Part shown: positions 13,954-26,966 of the stretch, piece after piece
How positions within the stretch are numbered: position 1 is the stretch's first letter
Layout of the letters: each line of letters starts with the position of its first letter
Source of the DNA: Cercozoa sp. M6MM
Lineage: Eukaryota; Protista; Endomyxa: Ascetosporea
Direction: 5' to 3' (one strand)
Length of the DNA: 64,000 nt
Assembly (NCBI GenBank): GCA_040357565.1
Contig: JBDODJ010000019.1
The notes under the pieces: generated by a model
Database searches by the model: none
The model's input: the letters and a program-made list of their open reading frames with translations, nothing else
Told to the model about the DNA's origin: nothing
Made by a program: the position numbers and the translations under genes

Positions 13954-16327
13954 TCGTGCTCGATGGACTGCACACGCGACAACGGAATACTTGACCCAGG
14001 CACTGAGTTCTGCGTCGTTCCTGACAACTCAATAGTCGTGGCAGGTGACTCCTGCAGTTGCGATTCCGAGTGCGGCAGCGACGGTACCCTCTGCCTGCCA
14101 CCCTTGATATAAGTCACTGACGAGTGTGTGTTTTTTGCTTGTAATAGGTGTTTGAGCGACTGCATCCTTAGCGGAACACCCACGTTGACGAACATTTGCA
14201 CCCATCTAAACATCGCACTTCTCCAAGGCGACCCTTGCCTCTGCGATTCCGAGTGCAACACAGGTACAGTACCTTCTCTCCACTATACCTTGTACACTGG
14301 CGCCTGTGCTGAGTAGCTGCCGGCTGCTCCAATGCCGCGTGTGAAGATGGCGTCTCAACTTCGCTTGGCGTCCTTAACATCTGTGTTGAAGAGAACCTCG
14401 CTGCTCACGATACGTGTTTTTGCAACTCGGAGTGCGCCAGTCCTCTGCTTTGCATAGGTGGTGCGTGCACACTGCCACTCGGTGCAGTCTGCACTTTGCC
14501 CGATCCATGTTTTGGTACGCTGGAACTTGTGTCCGGTATACGATGTTGCTTCGCTTCAGAGCTTTTGTGATCGAGCAGCTGCTTGTTCGGTTGGATGCCT
14601 GGTCACGTTGGAGAATGGCGACGTAGTGCCACTCGAAGGGGGTACTGCTGAGGTCTGCATCGCCGCCGATGACAGCATTATTGTGGCCGGTGAAAGTTGT
14701 CGCTGCAACTCGGAGTGCGCTGGTTCTTTCCAGTGTATTGGCGTCGACGACGTCGTTGGCACCTCTCGCGTGTGTGCCCTGCCGCTTGGAGCGGATTGTA
14801 CGACGACACCAGGGGCTTGTCTCGGTACTCTTGCTGCTGATACTGCCTTTGCCTACACACTGGGTTGCGTAAATTTGTAGTTCCGGCGAGTTCGTCCTGT
14901 TGGTTTGGTTGGCAACGTGTGCACCCTAGCACCTGGCTCAGTTAGCAACGGCTCACCCTGCCGCTGCGATTCCGAGTGCTTAGCAGGTAGCTCCTGCGTC
15001 GGTGGTTTCTGTGCTCCCGACGCGACGTTTATTGGTGAGGATTGCACGGGCCGCGTCTGTGCTGGTGGTAAATTTCCGTCGACCTTTTATCCTTGCAAAA
15101 GCTATACTTTATGTCATGGACACTAGAATTGGTGTGCGAGACTGGTAGAACGCCTCCAATGTGCGTGCTGCAACTGGGAGTCACCGGTCTCTCTTGCGGT
15201 ACGCGTTTCGAGTGTCCCAACGGCGCTCTGTGCATCGCTGGCAACTGCGTGCAACAAACTGGCGGCGACTGCGACGACGGTTTCGGTGGAGCAGACCACA
15301 CACGCTGCTTTGGCGCATGCGGAGGCAGTCTTGCGTGCTTGCCAACGTTTGCCTCCGAGGGCGGACTCTGCGGTCGCGAAGAGCATGAACTCGCTTTTGG
15401 CGGTGGTTCGAGCACCGAGTGCACCAGCACAACGATCGAACTGGCGTGTGCAAACTCAGGTAAAACAACGAACAAATCTGGCTGAAAGATGAAGTAAATT
15501 TACAAGTTCGAAAGTTCTTCTTTTGCTATAGGCCTAACTGTCGGTAGCCCTGTCGACCCGTTTGGGCCACTTGTGTGCTTGAGAAGGGACAACGAACCTT
15601 GCACTTCGAACAGTCAATGTGCTTCTGGTCTCTGCGATGGAACAAGCAATTGTGCGGCCACGCCCTACAGTCAAGAGGTGCGACGACAGACGATAGGGTA
15701 CGCCGATGACTACTGTGATTTAGGTGTCCCATGTGCCGGCGGGGTCGCTTGCAACATCGTCACTACTCCCATTTTTACCGCCACCTGTGACTTCTCTGCT
15801 TCGGGAGACGCGTGCTCTCCCGACTTTTCGCTCCTGGAGTGTTCAATGGAGGGCTTCTTCTTGCTGAACAACGTCTACACTGCCTGGTGTGGCGCATTCA
15901 CACCGGGCGTGTGTCCCTGTCCATGCAGTCGCGAGACATGGCCGATACACATGCCAAGCTGTCCACCCAACGCTTTTCAACCTACCGGAAGTCCTTGTAT
16001 CTGCGACAACCAGTGCGGTGGTATTGCACCCTTTCCCCTATACGTCAATTCCTGCTAGTGGCTGAGATTTCGCTTGAATATGCACAGGTTTATTCTGCTC
16101 GAACGAGTGCACGATCGACGCCCGCTCTCCGACACCATCGCCGCTTGGTCCCAACATTTGCGTCCTACCTGCCGGCGTCCTCCCTTCGACTGCTCCGTGC
16201 AACTGCGATTCCGAGTGCGAGAGTGGTAAGATACAGCCAGCAGTACCATCAGCAGTGTCTCAGGCTGTGAAACGGTATGTGTTTTAATTGACTAGGTGCG
16301 TGTCTCGGCGGAACTCTTTGTCTCTGA
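13954..16327 (+). CDS. Cys-rich repeat protein B, same module family, no visible signal/start exon
   Basis: About 7 CxC[DN]SEC-type modules in open spliced exons; ends GACLGGTLCL*. The first visible exon begins at an AG acceptor. Confidence 0.65.
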
Positions 16328-16917
16328 CCTTCACATACCGGCCGTCACGGCCGCCTATTTTGCGAAACTTGCGTTGTTACAAAGTAGTACCGTTGCATCG
16401 GAGTAGTACTGACAAACGTGCTTAACGATCGTTGCATCAAAGCAGGCGGTTGACTCCCGCTACTGCGACTTAGGCTGCACTTTTGGCAGGCAGCCGATCC
16501 ACTCGGCTTGCGCCGAGTTGACGACTGCTCGCGACCGTTCGCCGTACTTCTTCGACCTCGATGTGTTGGACCCGTGACTGTTGGGTCAGGACGACCGAAT
16601 GCAAGCGGCGCTGAATATGCTGCAGACTCTGACGACCCGAAGCGCAAGTGAAAAAAAAAACACGATTTCCCATAGTTCGTTTCCGGAGTTAGCTGGCCCA
16701 AACCACAGTTGTTGTGGCAACTTTTACAGGAATGTCTGTCGGCGGGCCTTGACCCATGACATGACTTTATTGCCGGTTGTGGAATAACCTAAATCTAATG
16801 CACTGATCTATAGTGATCATAACGCGGAGAAATACTGTAGTTGTTTTGTCGATCTCAATTATTGTATCGCTGTTTTGGGTGATCTATATGATCGGATCGT
16901 TGTTTCTGAGTGATCAA

Positions 16918-17133
16918 CTATGGCGTGGGTGATCTCAGTTGATTGGTAACTGCGCCTACGTCATAGTTGATCTGTACGGGGTGGAAGTGAGCTGCGCTGC
17001 CAGTGTTGTGAACTGTGCCGACCCGCACATTTATTTGCACCCCGCGCTTTATAGCGTAGATTAGTGCAGCAGCACAAACAATTAAAGCTATCACCATTAT
17101 TGCCTTTGTTCGAGTGGAGTGTATATTAGCCAT
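16918..17133 (-). CDS. Possible 71-aa single-TM microprotein
   Basis: ATG-initiated intronless ORF with hydrophobic AIMVIALIVCAAALIYAI followed by KR. No homology recognised. Confidence 0.3.
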   Translation of the reverse strand: MANIHSTRTKAIMVIALIVCAAALIYAIKRGVQINVRVGTVHNTGSAAHFHPVQINYDVGAVTNQLRSPTP

Positions 17134-17549
17134 GTCTTTTCGTACTGGGCGGATTCAATTAAAGGGCTCCCTGCTGAAACTGATCATTCAATGAAAAATG
17201 ATCATTTTGCTTTCGCCCTCTGATCATTTTCCGATTTTTCGTGATCACTCATGTGACTACCAAAGGACTCCTCTTAAACCCAGCGCCTGGCGAGAAAGTG
17301 AATAGTAGGTGTGAGCGTGGCAGCGCAGGGCATAAAAATGAAGCAGATAAAATTATTTTGCAGGCTTGCCCAAACCTTTGCTCGGCTGGGGAGCGTATTG
17401 TGGGTAGTGTATTGTGCAGCACAATGCACTTATTTAGATACAGTTAAATCCGAGGTTATCATATATCGTAGAGAAACCAACCGAACCGAACGAACTAACT
17501 GCCGTCCAGACGCGGGCGAATCGATCGGGCGAATCGATCGGGCTCTCCG

Positions 17550-20500
17550 CTAATCGTAATCCGAGTCGGCGTCGCTGTCATCGCCAGTCGCAGAGGCGTC
17601 GTCGGAACTAGCCGAGGTGGCCTCCTCTTCCTCAGAATCGTCGTGGCCCGATTCGCCCTCCTCCGACGACTCGGCATCCTCCGACGGTTCAACCGTCACC
17701 TTAACTAGATCGGCATCAGCGTCGCTTCCAGTGACAGGAGGATCATCGGCACCGTCATCGGCACCGTCAGCAACCTCCTTGTCGCCATCACCTTCCTCTT
17801 GATCGCTGTCACTGTGACTGGAGTCACTTGAGTCCTCACCGTCGCTGGAGTCATCATCGTCGTCGCGCATCTTCTCCTCCGCCTCTGCCTGCGCGTTCTG
17901 CCGCAGCAGCGCGTGCGCCGTGCCGTGGCCCGACTCGGCTACTTACGAAGAAAATACAGGTGGGAGATAGAAGAGGAGAGTTTGAACTACCCTTGCGCAA
18001 CTCTGCGTGCTCTTCTTCACATCTGAGGACACGTGGACATTAAGGGAGTCGGGGTGGGGGATACGAAACTAGAGATACCGCTTGAGCCATTTCTCCAAGT
18101 CCTGTCGCACTTCCGCATGTCTAGGAGGGTACAGGGTTAAGTAGGTAGCTTGTAAGGGGGTAAAAGCAAGGTACTTCTCGGCATCAACAAAGGTGCGCTG
18201 GAACAATCGCTCGCGCAGCTGGCGAAAATGCTCCAACACCTTGTCATCACCTATTCATGGGGGGGGGGGGTACAGGAGGGGTAAAGGAAGGGGGGGGGGT
18301 TAAGGGAATAGAACAAACCCAGGTGCATCTTGTACACGGGCAGTCGCGCAATGAGCGTGCCAACCGACTTTTCTCCGTACTCCAACTGTCACACACACAC
18401 ACACAAGTGTCATCTACTACCTCACGCCCACGCACGTGTTCACAGTACCTTGGCCAGACAGTAGGCAAGGTTGCGCGCCTGCGCCTCGTCGCCTGCTATC
18501 CCAACCCACATAGATCTTACCCCCCCCCCCTCCTGCCCCCACCAGACAACGCACCAATCGCCGATTTGAACCGATGGCACAACTTGTCCACGAGTGACTA
18601 CAAAGGCACAGCACCCTTAATAAAAAGCACAGCCTTAACAAAACAAATATTACATCGACATTGCGTTCCTTTTTGACAAAGTGCAGCAGGAAGCCCAGCA
18701 CAGTTTCGAACATGTCACGTGTCACTACACTCAGTCCAGTCAGTCGGTCAGCAGTCCAGTCAGACAGTTGATACCATCAGGACGACCAGATAGACGTGAG
18801 ATCGTGTCCGGTACGACATTGTACACCTGTCCATGTGCAGCCTTAAACAAAACCACAGCCTTAACGAAAGCTGTACCGTGTTGCGCGCGCGACTTTTGGC
18901 GGCCAGTCGGTTGAAGAAGTCGCGCACCTTCGCAAAAGTAAAGGACAGGTAACGGAGGGCACAAGGATGGAGTGGAAGGCAACAAGAGAACGCACATGTG
19001 CGCGCACATGCGGCGACTCGTCGCACAACAACAAGGCGATTTCGGCCACTGAGTCCTGTCGGGGGGGGGGGGGGTAAGGGCTTAAAAAAGACGAAGTAAA
19101 CATGTGTTTACCTTGACTTTGAGCATGTCATTCAGCAGCAGGTGCGACAGGACCTGTCCGCGTGGACATATGACCAGTGACCAGTGACCATATGACCAGT
19201 GACCAAACGGAAAAACAATCCTACCACGAGTGCGTGTTGACGTACACGAAGCTTCTTTGAGTGCAGTTGCTCATACAGTCTGTCGGGGGGGGGGGGTGTA
19301 GAAGGGGGGGTAAAACATCAACAGAAGCTATACCGCCGTGAGTACGGTTCGAACAGATTCGGAAAACGGAAGGCGATGTCGCCCAGTGCAATCTACAGCA
19401 AGTAAAACTCGGGGGGGGGGGGGGTAAAAGATCTAAAACTGCCAACCAGCAGCTGCACGGCGAGTTCCGTAGCAGGTGCGAAATCCGCCAGTTGTGACCT
19501 GCCACACATCATAAAAACAACACACAGAAACAACAACAACAAGAAACGCACGCCTCGGCAGTGTTGGCACTGTCAGCGTCGGTGTCGAGGTCGATTTCGT
19601 CCACCATTTGTTGCGTCGACATCGGCTCGTGTTTCGGCTCGTGATTCGACTTGAGACTCGGCTCGAGTTTCGGCTCGTGTTTGGACTCGCGTTTGGCGGC
19701 CAGAGAGTCGTGCCGGTGACTGCCGGTGCCGCACAGCACCGTGAACAGCAGCTGCAAATGTTCCTCGCAGTACTGTCGCGACACGCACCTACCAGTCATG
19801 AGTCACACATCAGTCACTCGGGTCAGTCAGTATCACTCGGGCCAGTCAGTATCACATGGTCAGTCAGTATCACATGGGTCAGTCAGTATCACATGGGTCA
19901 GTCAGTATCACATGGGTCACATCTGTGTGGTCACTTACATGAAACGAGCCAGTGCGACCGTTGCCGTGTTGAACACAGTCTGGTGTGCACCTGTCAGCTA
20001 CAGGGAGGGGGTAAGGAAGAGGACAAGGGGGGGGGGGGGGTAAAACTACAGTAGGACGCTGCGCTAGGTAGGCCACGAGACGGCCCATCTGCGCCAGCAG
20101 CGACTGCACATGGGGGGTAGGGGTAAAGAAAGATGCTAGGGAGTTGGGGGTAAAGATGCCAGGGAGTTGGGGTAAAGAAGGAAGAGTACAGCAGCAGCGC
20201 CACTAGTGTCCAGCAATGCCTGCTCGGCACTCTCACGCAGTTGTTCCTGTCCACACAGACCAGGTTTGTCCCGTCCAAAATGTACCATTCAAAATGGACC
20301 GGAGTGCAGTCCATTTGTACCAGTGCAAAGAGAGTGCCCGAGGCTGTGTTGCCCGCGGCGGCCTGCAACTCGTCATCGCCGTCATTCTGCTCACCCAGTC
20401 AGTCAGTCAATTAGTTCAGTCAGTCAGTCAGTCACCGTCACTCACTCAGTCATAAACCGTCCCATCGGTTCCAGAGATCAATCAGTATGCCACCTCCTGC

Positions 20501-23431
20501 GACGCCGTCGTCGCGGTCTTGGAGGTGTCCACCTGCGCCTTCAGCAGCGTCTCCAGACCCTCCGCGTGGACCTACACCCGTCCAAACAGACCGTTCAAAT
20601 GAACCGTCCAAAATGTACACCTTCATATGTCTGTGGTTAAGGGTACGACAAGTCGGATGGCGAGCTCGCCGCCAAAGAAGAGCAGCTCGGGCAGTTTCAC
20701 CGCCAACCCGTCCTTCTGATCGTCGTCACCGTCGCTGTGATCATCGGTGTGACCGTCCTCACCGTCTCCGTGGTCGCTGTGACCGTCGCTATGATCATCT
20801 ACTGCAACTGGAGGAAAGTCGATCATGCCGGCCACGCTGCCCATCAACGAGTCGCCGTCGTCTGCACATCATATTCTTCTTGCCTCCTTTACCCCCCCCA
20901 CACAGAATAGCACCCATGTAGTCATCGTCAACCGATCGTGTCACCGAGCGCAGCAGTCCTACCATCTCAAAAATTAATTGTGTAGCTGATGACTCCAAAA
21001 GGTATGGCTACAGCGTGACCTACCTCGCAGCACAGCCTCACCGAAACGCAGTGGCGACGGGTGCGCCTCGAAGGCTACCTGCAGTGCTACTTGTGCCTAC
21101 ACAAGTCAACTCAAGTCAGATCGGTGGACACGTGTCATACAGGTGGATCAGTTGGCACGGTCACTTGGCACGGTCAGTTGGCACGGTCAGTTGGCACGTG
21201 TGTATCATTTGGTACCAATGCCGGCCATTGCGCCACTGAGACGCGATCGCTCAACAAGAGTGCGCGCACCGTGCAGAACACTCCGCGCAATAACCCTCGC
21301 ATCGCCTGATAAATACATATATATACACACATATATATGTATATATAATATAGGGATATCAGTTAGTAAAATGGCACCGCGGGCGACTCTGCGAGCTCCA
21401 GCGACGGCACCACAAGCTGCTCCGGGTCACCAAGTGCGGCATGCCGACTCAGCTGGTCCGTGCCGGCCTCAGCGAGCTTGATCCACTGGTCGCAAACTCG
21501 CGGCGGTGCGTGTTGCATCCACTGCAGTGCACATTCAATCAATAAATAAAGATATATATATATATATACCTATATCTTGATATATCTATATGATTTATAT
21601 TTAAGATAGGGAGGGAAAAGAGTACAGAGAGACACTCGCGCAGCAGCACAACGTCGACGTCGAGATTGCCGGCGGCGTCGTTCTCCTCGTTGTCAAAATC
21701 GCTCAACTGCAGCAGCACCTTGAGCACCGGCAACACCGACTGGGCTATCACTCGACGGATGTCCCTGTACAGTTCGGTACAAATCGGAACCAACACAAAT
21801 CGATAAATCCAACCGTACTGAATGCGCTCGGCAATTTCTTTATCGAGATCTTTCGGCTAAAAGACACAACTTTAAAGATGCAAAACAGACTGAAAGAAGC
21901 AAAGATTACCAGAGTGACAACAGCTTTGATAATGAAGTTCAGCACACGCGCTGCACGACGTCTATTGCACACACGAATCAGCAGAGATTACGCCAAGCTA
22001 AAACACGAAAAGGTACCGCTCCTGGATCGGAACATCGTCGTGTGTGCACACAGCGAACAGAACTTGCACACTGCCCGAGTTCAGTTTGCCTTGCTGCACG
22101 AGCTTTCCGAGAATCTCTTCGACACATGCGAGGTCTGCGATTCTGATGAAACAACAGACACATGCAAATTAGTCGCAAAAAGACAATAATGCAGAAGAAA
22201 ACTACGTCGGAACTCGCGCGAACTGAAGCAATCGCTTTGCTTTCAACTGCACACAGAAACAATCCCACAGACACCGACCAGGCTCCAAATAAACTTGCTA
22301 GCACTAAACACCTTGTCAGTGTTGAGAACAGCGCGATCTTGGGCCCGCACGTTATCCATGTCCTCCTAAAATCCGAAAAAGATAATTTTGGCATGTCACG
22401 ATACAACACTGGGTATGAGCTTACATCGACGGGACGAATCTCATCTGACAAGAACAAAGCCGCAACGGCATCCAAAACTGCTTGCTGCACCTGTTCCGTG
22501 TCAACAGATTTATTGTTTGGGTGTCCGGAATTTGTTTGCTGTATTTTCTCGGCACCTTCGGAGCTTCTGCGCGGAAGACGAGTGCCAAAGAGTGTCTCAA
22601 ACCGTGATCCGCAGCCTGAGAGAAGAATACAGATAATATAAACAGAAGATCACTGGAAATACAACGTACGCTAAGCTGGAACTGCTTGGCGCCACAGAAC
22701 ACCTTGACAGCACCTGCATGAGGGCACATCGGGTGAAAGATCGCTTCAGCAAGGCAAGAAAAAAAGCAAACCAGTTGCGTCGCCGATCGAAGGCGACAGA
22801 AGCAGCCAACGCACAGAATTTCGCAGAGCATCGTCCATCTAAGCAAGCGCTTGAGAAACTCTGAGAAGGAACGGACAAAAGCCGAACGGTACACAGTGAG
22901 CGAATTTCGAGTGTGCTTGGACATTCTGGATCTACCAAGAAAAAATCGTCGAAAAAACAACTGTGCTTTGCAAAGCACATCTTACTCGTTTACGCAATTC
23001 GACAGCCTTCTTGTGTTCTTCCGGAGTGGCAATGCGCTTCAACTCCTCATTGTAGGCAACTCTGTCCGAAGAAAGCACGGCGTGATTGCATGTGAGTGTG
23101 AATAAAGTAAGCTCACTGTTGCTCAGGCATGTCCGAATCGTCGACCTTGTCGGGGTCACTCTCCTGCTGCAGGACAGCACCGACGGCGGCGCGATCGGCA
23201 CGGTAACGTCGTCGCTGCAGCATGCGCACCAAGTGACCGAAAGCTTCGCGCAGCCTGCTCAGCTTGCTGTCCACTTCGTCCAGTCGCATCGACGGACCAA
23301 ACGGGTTGTTCCTGCACAGTAGTAGATCTGTTGGTATCGATCCATGTCCATGCAAAGAATGAGACGTACTCAAGCAACGCTAGCAGCAGCGTCAAGGCAC
23401 GTGCGCGCACGTTGGCACTGAAAAACACCAG

Positions 23432-23482
<51 letters not shown>

Positions 23483-26400
23483 CAGTGTCTTGCTCTAGTT
23501 CAGCACACCTGGAGTCGCGCAGTCGACCACAACAGACGGTAGAAATTCTGACACACAGAACACAGCACATGACGAAAGAGGAAGGCAGACAGGTGAGTGT
23601 ACGACAAGTAGACGCTAAGTTTGGTCGGTCCCAGTGGGTGCATCATATGCTTTCCCGCAAGGTCCTAATATACAGAGAGCACAATATACAGAGAGTACAA
23701 TCTACAGAGAGTACTAAAGCAAGTAACAAAAGAACTACCTCGAACATCGCGAGTAGTTTTGCGCGCACAAGGGAGTGAGAGTCCAGAGACCGCGGCATCA
23801 TGTAATTCTATACCCGCACAGATTACTCTAAGCAATATCTGCCTTCGAAAGGAACACACCACGAGGAAGTCTTCGACATCACTAACGTTGCTGTCGATCG
23901 AGCGCGTTGTCTGAACATCGTAGGTTCGAAGGTCACTCCATATCGACAAGTGCATATGTGCGTGTGTGTTACATCAGCAGTGTCGATTATCTGAGGCTCA
24001 TCGCCGCCAGAGAGTTGCCGCTGCCGGCGCATCTGTTCCTGCTCTCACATAGTTCCCTAGACACACCAGTGCTTTCACATCAAAAAACGCACCCGCTCGG
24101 TGCTTGATAACTGTGACCGACGTTGTTGCTTGATGACACTGAACACACACACGTGTCCATGTTCAGGACACATAAGGAAAGTGCAAGTCACAAACACAGG
24201 TGTCGCACAAGTTGCGCAAAGCACTCCTACGCCAAACCAGTGTAGTAACATAGAGTAGTAACACAGAGTAGTAACACAGAGTAGTAACACAGAGTAGCAA
24301 CACAGAGTAGCAACACAGAGTAGCAACACAGAGTAGCAACACAGGGAAGAAGGTACCAATGCGCCAACACGTGCCATGTGATTGACCGCGTCCAACAGTT
24401 GCTGCAGCGCGCGCACGTGGCCGTGCATCACGAGCAGCGCCGCTGTTTCGTGCGACTCCGCGAACTTCTCCAGGAAGGCTCGCACCGCCTCGCCACAGCG
24501 ACGGTGCTTCACGCTGCGTCCCTACACAAGACACAGGTATTAACCTTCCCCCTCTCCAACCCAATCCCAGAAACGACATACTGACTCGCGCATGACGGCG
24601 CGGCAAGTCTCGAACTTCTCCTCCGTCAGCACGCACACAAAGGCCTCCACCTGTCAAAATGGACCCAAGTACAAATGGACGGTTCAAAATGGACGGTTCA
24701 AATGGACGGTTCAAATGGACCGCTGGAACTGCAACGTACCAACGCCGCAGCGGCCGACGAGGACGTGGTCTGCTGGTCAAACTGAAGTGCCGCGTTCTCC
24801 TTGTCCTATAGTATCCGGTACTTTTCAACATGGACAGGAACACAAGGAGGTCCATTTGGTCCCCCTCGGGACACAGGAGGCCCATATGGACAGGACAAAC
24901 GTACGGCAGTATCGAACTCGGCGGCAGCGGCGTCAATCACCTGCGGCAGCACCTCGCCCGCCACGCGACCGACGCGCAGCACCGACATGCACACTGCGCC
25001 GCACTCTTAACAAAAACTACTTCCTTAAGGCAGTCCAACACAACGGTACACGTGTCAACGGCGAGACGACGTTCTGAAATTTGCTCGTCGTCGCCCAGTC
25101 CAGAGTTTAGTCGGAACACTGTAACTGTGGGGGAGGGGTTAAGCAGGCAGGGGTGAGGGTAAAAACACAGTACCAGCCCAGACCCGCATGAGCGAATGAA
25201 AGACCTCCTTGGGCAGAATCCTGGGGGAGAGGGGGGTAAGAGTAGGGGTAAAAGGCATGACGTTCAGAAAGCAATACTTGAGAAAACGCGTCGTCGTGGC
25301 GTTGACATTGACGGCATCGGCATCCTCTCGTTCCTTCTGTGTGTGTGTGTGTGCGTGTGTATACATATATATATATATATATATATAGTTATATATACAG
25401 TAAATACGAACAGTCCATTGTGCAGAAGGGTAAGTGTACCAGTTCGCCGGACGGATCGGACACCTCAATGACACGACCCACGGCAGTGCACAGGAAGTTC
25501 TTCTACAGTGTCCAGATAACCTTTAGAGTCTCGGTACAAATAGACTGCCATCCTGTACCAGATCCGAGTCGACGAGACCGTTGTTCCAGAGTTTCTTCAC
25601 TGACGGATCGCGTAGCATGTCGCCCACTGCGTTTTTTGTATTTTTCGTATTTTAAAACGTCCGGGCGGACGCAAAAATTCAACAGAAAACGTACAAGCAT
25701 CCAGCACGCGCAGGCGCAGCGGATCGGCGCTCCAGTGTTCCACCGCTTCCTCTGAGTTACGGATCGACAGTAAGACAAACAAGATAGTTCAAACAAGATA
25801 GTTCAAACAAGGTAGTTCAAACAAGGTAGTTCAAACAAGATAGTTCAAACAAGGTAGTTCAAAGAGAAAGGTAAAGGCTACGATTGTTGCCCTTGCGTCG
25901 CTTGCGTGTCGTCTTCTTCTGACCTTGTCCTGAGGGAGCAAGAGTAAAGGGGGTGGGGGAGGGGGGGTAATGCAATATACCAACAGCGAGACACTGCGCT
26001 TGAACGACCCATTGCGTCTACGGGGGGAGGGGGTAAGGGGGTATAGGGGGGTAAGGAGGGGCAAGAATCGGTACGCAGAGCGCGCAGAGCTGGCGCACAG
26101 CGTTGCGCGCGTGCAGCAGTTCCGCGCGGACGGTGACATCGCGCGAAGTGAGCAGTCGACTCAGTGGACGGCACACTTCCTGGCACGCCAGCAGCAGTGT
26201 CTGCACACAAACAACCTTGTTCAGGAGGTAGTAGCATACACACAGTGTCAGACAGTACCTTAGCAACATCGTTTCGCACCGTGCCTTGCACGTTCTCCAT
26301 GTCTACGGAGTCAGTACTTATCTACCCCTTCAACCATCTACTTTCCAGGTTACCCTGCACGAAGCACGCGAGAGGCTCAAAGACGGTCTGTGTGAATTCG

Positions 26401-26729
26401 CTGGCAGAGCGCTCTTGTTCCGCAGCCTCACCCAACCGCTTTTCGATTTCGCCCAGAACGTTGCGCTGCACGGCGTCGTCGTTCTTGCCGCCCTAACCAC
26501 ACATAGCGACATATTTCTTGCGCGCGAGTTTTAATGAAGGCAAGTACTTTGGTAGGCCGCTGCGACTTGCTCATGCTCACGCGCAACACGCCGTTACAGC
26601 CGGCATCTGCAAAACAAACCATGTGGGAACAAATTTTGGTCTCCAAACGCAAGAGGTACCATCATCATTGGCCCGCCGAAATAGGTCATCGAATCTCCCA
26701 GGGAGCACGAGATCCTCCACGTCGTCCAT
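17550..26729 (-). CDS. NCAPD2: Condensin I HEAT subunit CAP-D2/Ycs4/Cnd1, many exons
   Basis: RLRDSSANVRARALTLLLALLE|NNPFG, YCEEHLQLLFTVL, SVAEIALLLCDESPHVRA, VYNVVPDTISRLS, acidic C-terminal tail; start MDDVEDLVLPGRFDDL. Confidence 0.9.
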
Positions 26730-26966
26730 GCGTCAGCTGCGGTAGTGGCACGCACCTGCACTAAACTTGACGCCGTTGGCACTCTCCCAAATCTGATCAC
26801 TGAAAGTACGCAATGTACGGTACGTTTCGACTAAATGTGCGCTCTTTATCAGTAATCCACTACCTCCACGTAGATCGCCTCTAATAAGTGATTGGTAGTG
26901 TGTTAGTTCTGTTAAAACTAAATAGGACGTAGAACGACAGATTTGCGCTTTGGGACATGCTTGGGA

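Noticed and set aside
25780-25862. CRISPR-like repeat array
   Set aside because: Head-to-tail 14-bp units without spacers inside an intron; no cas genes.
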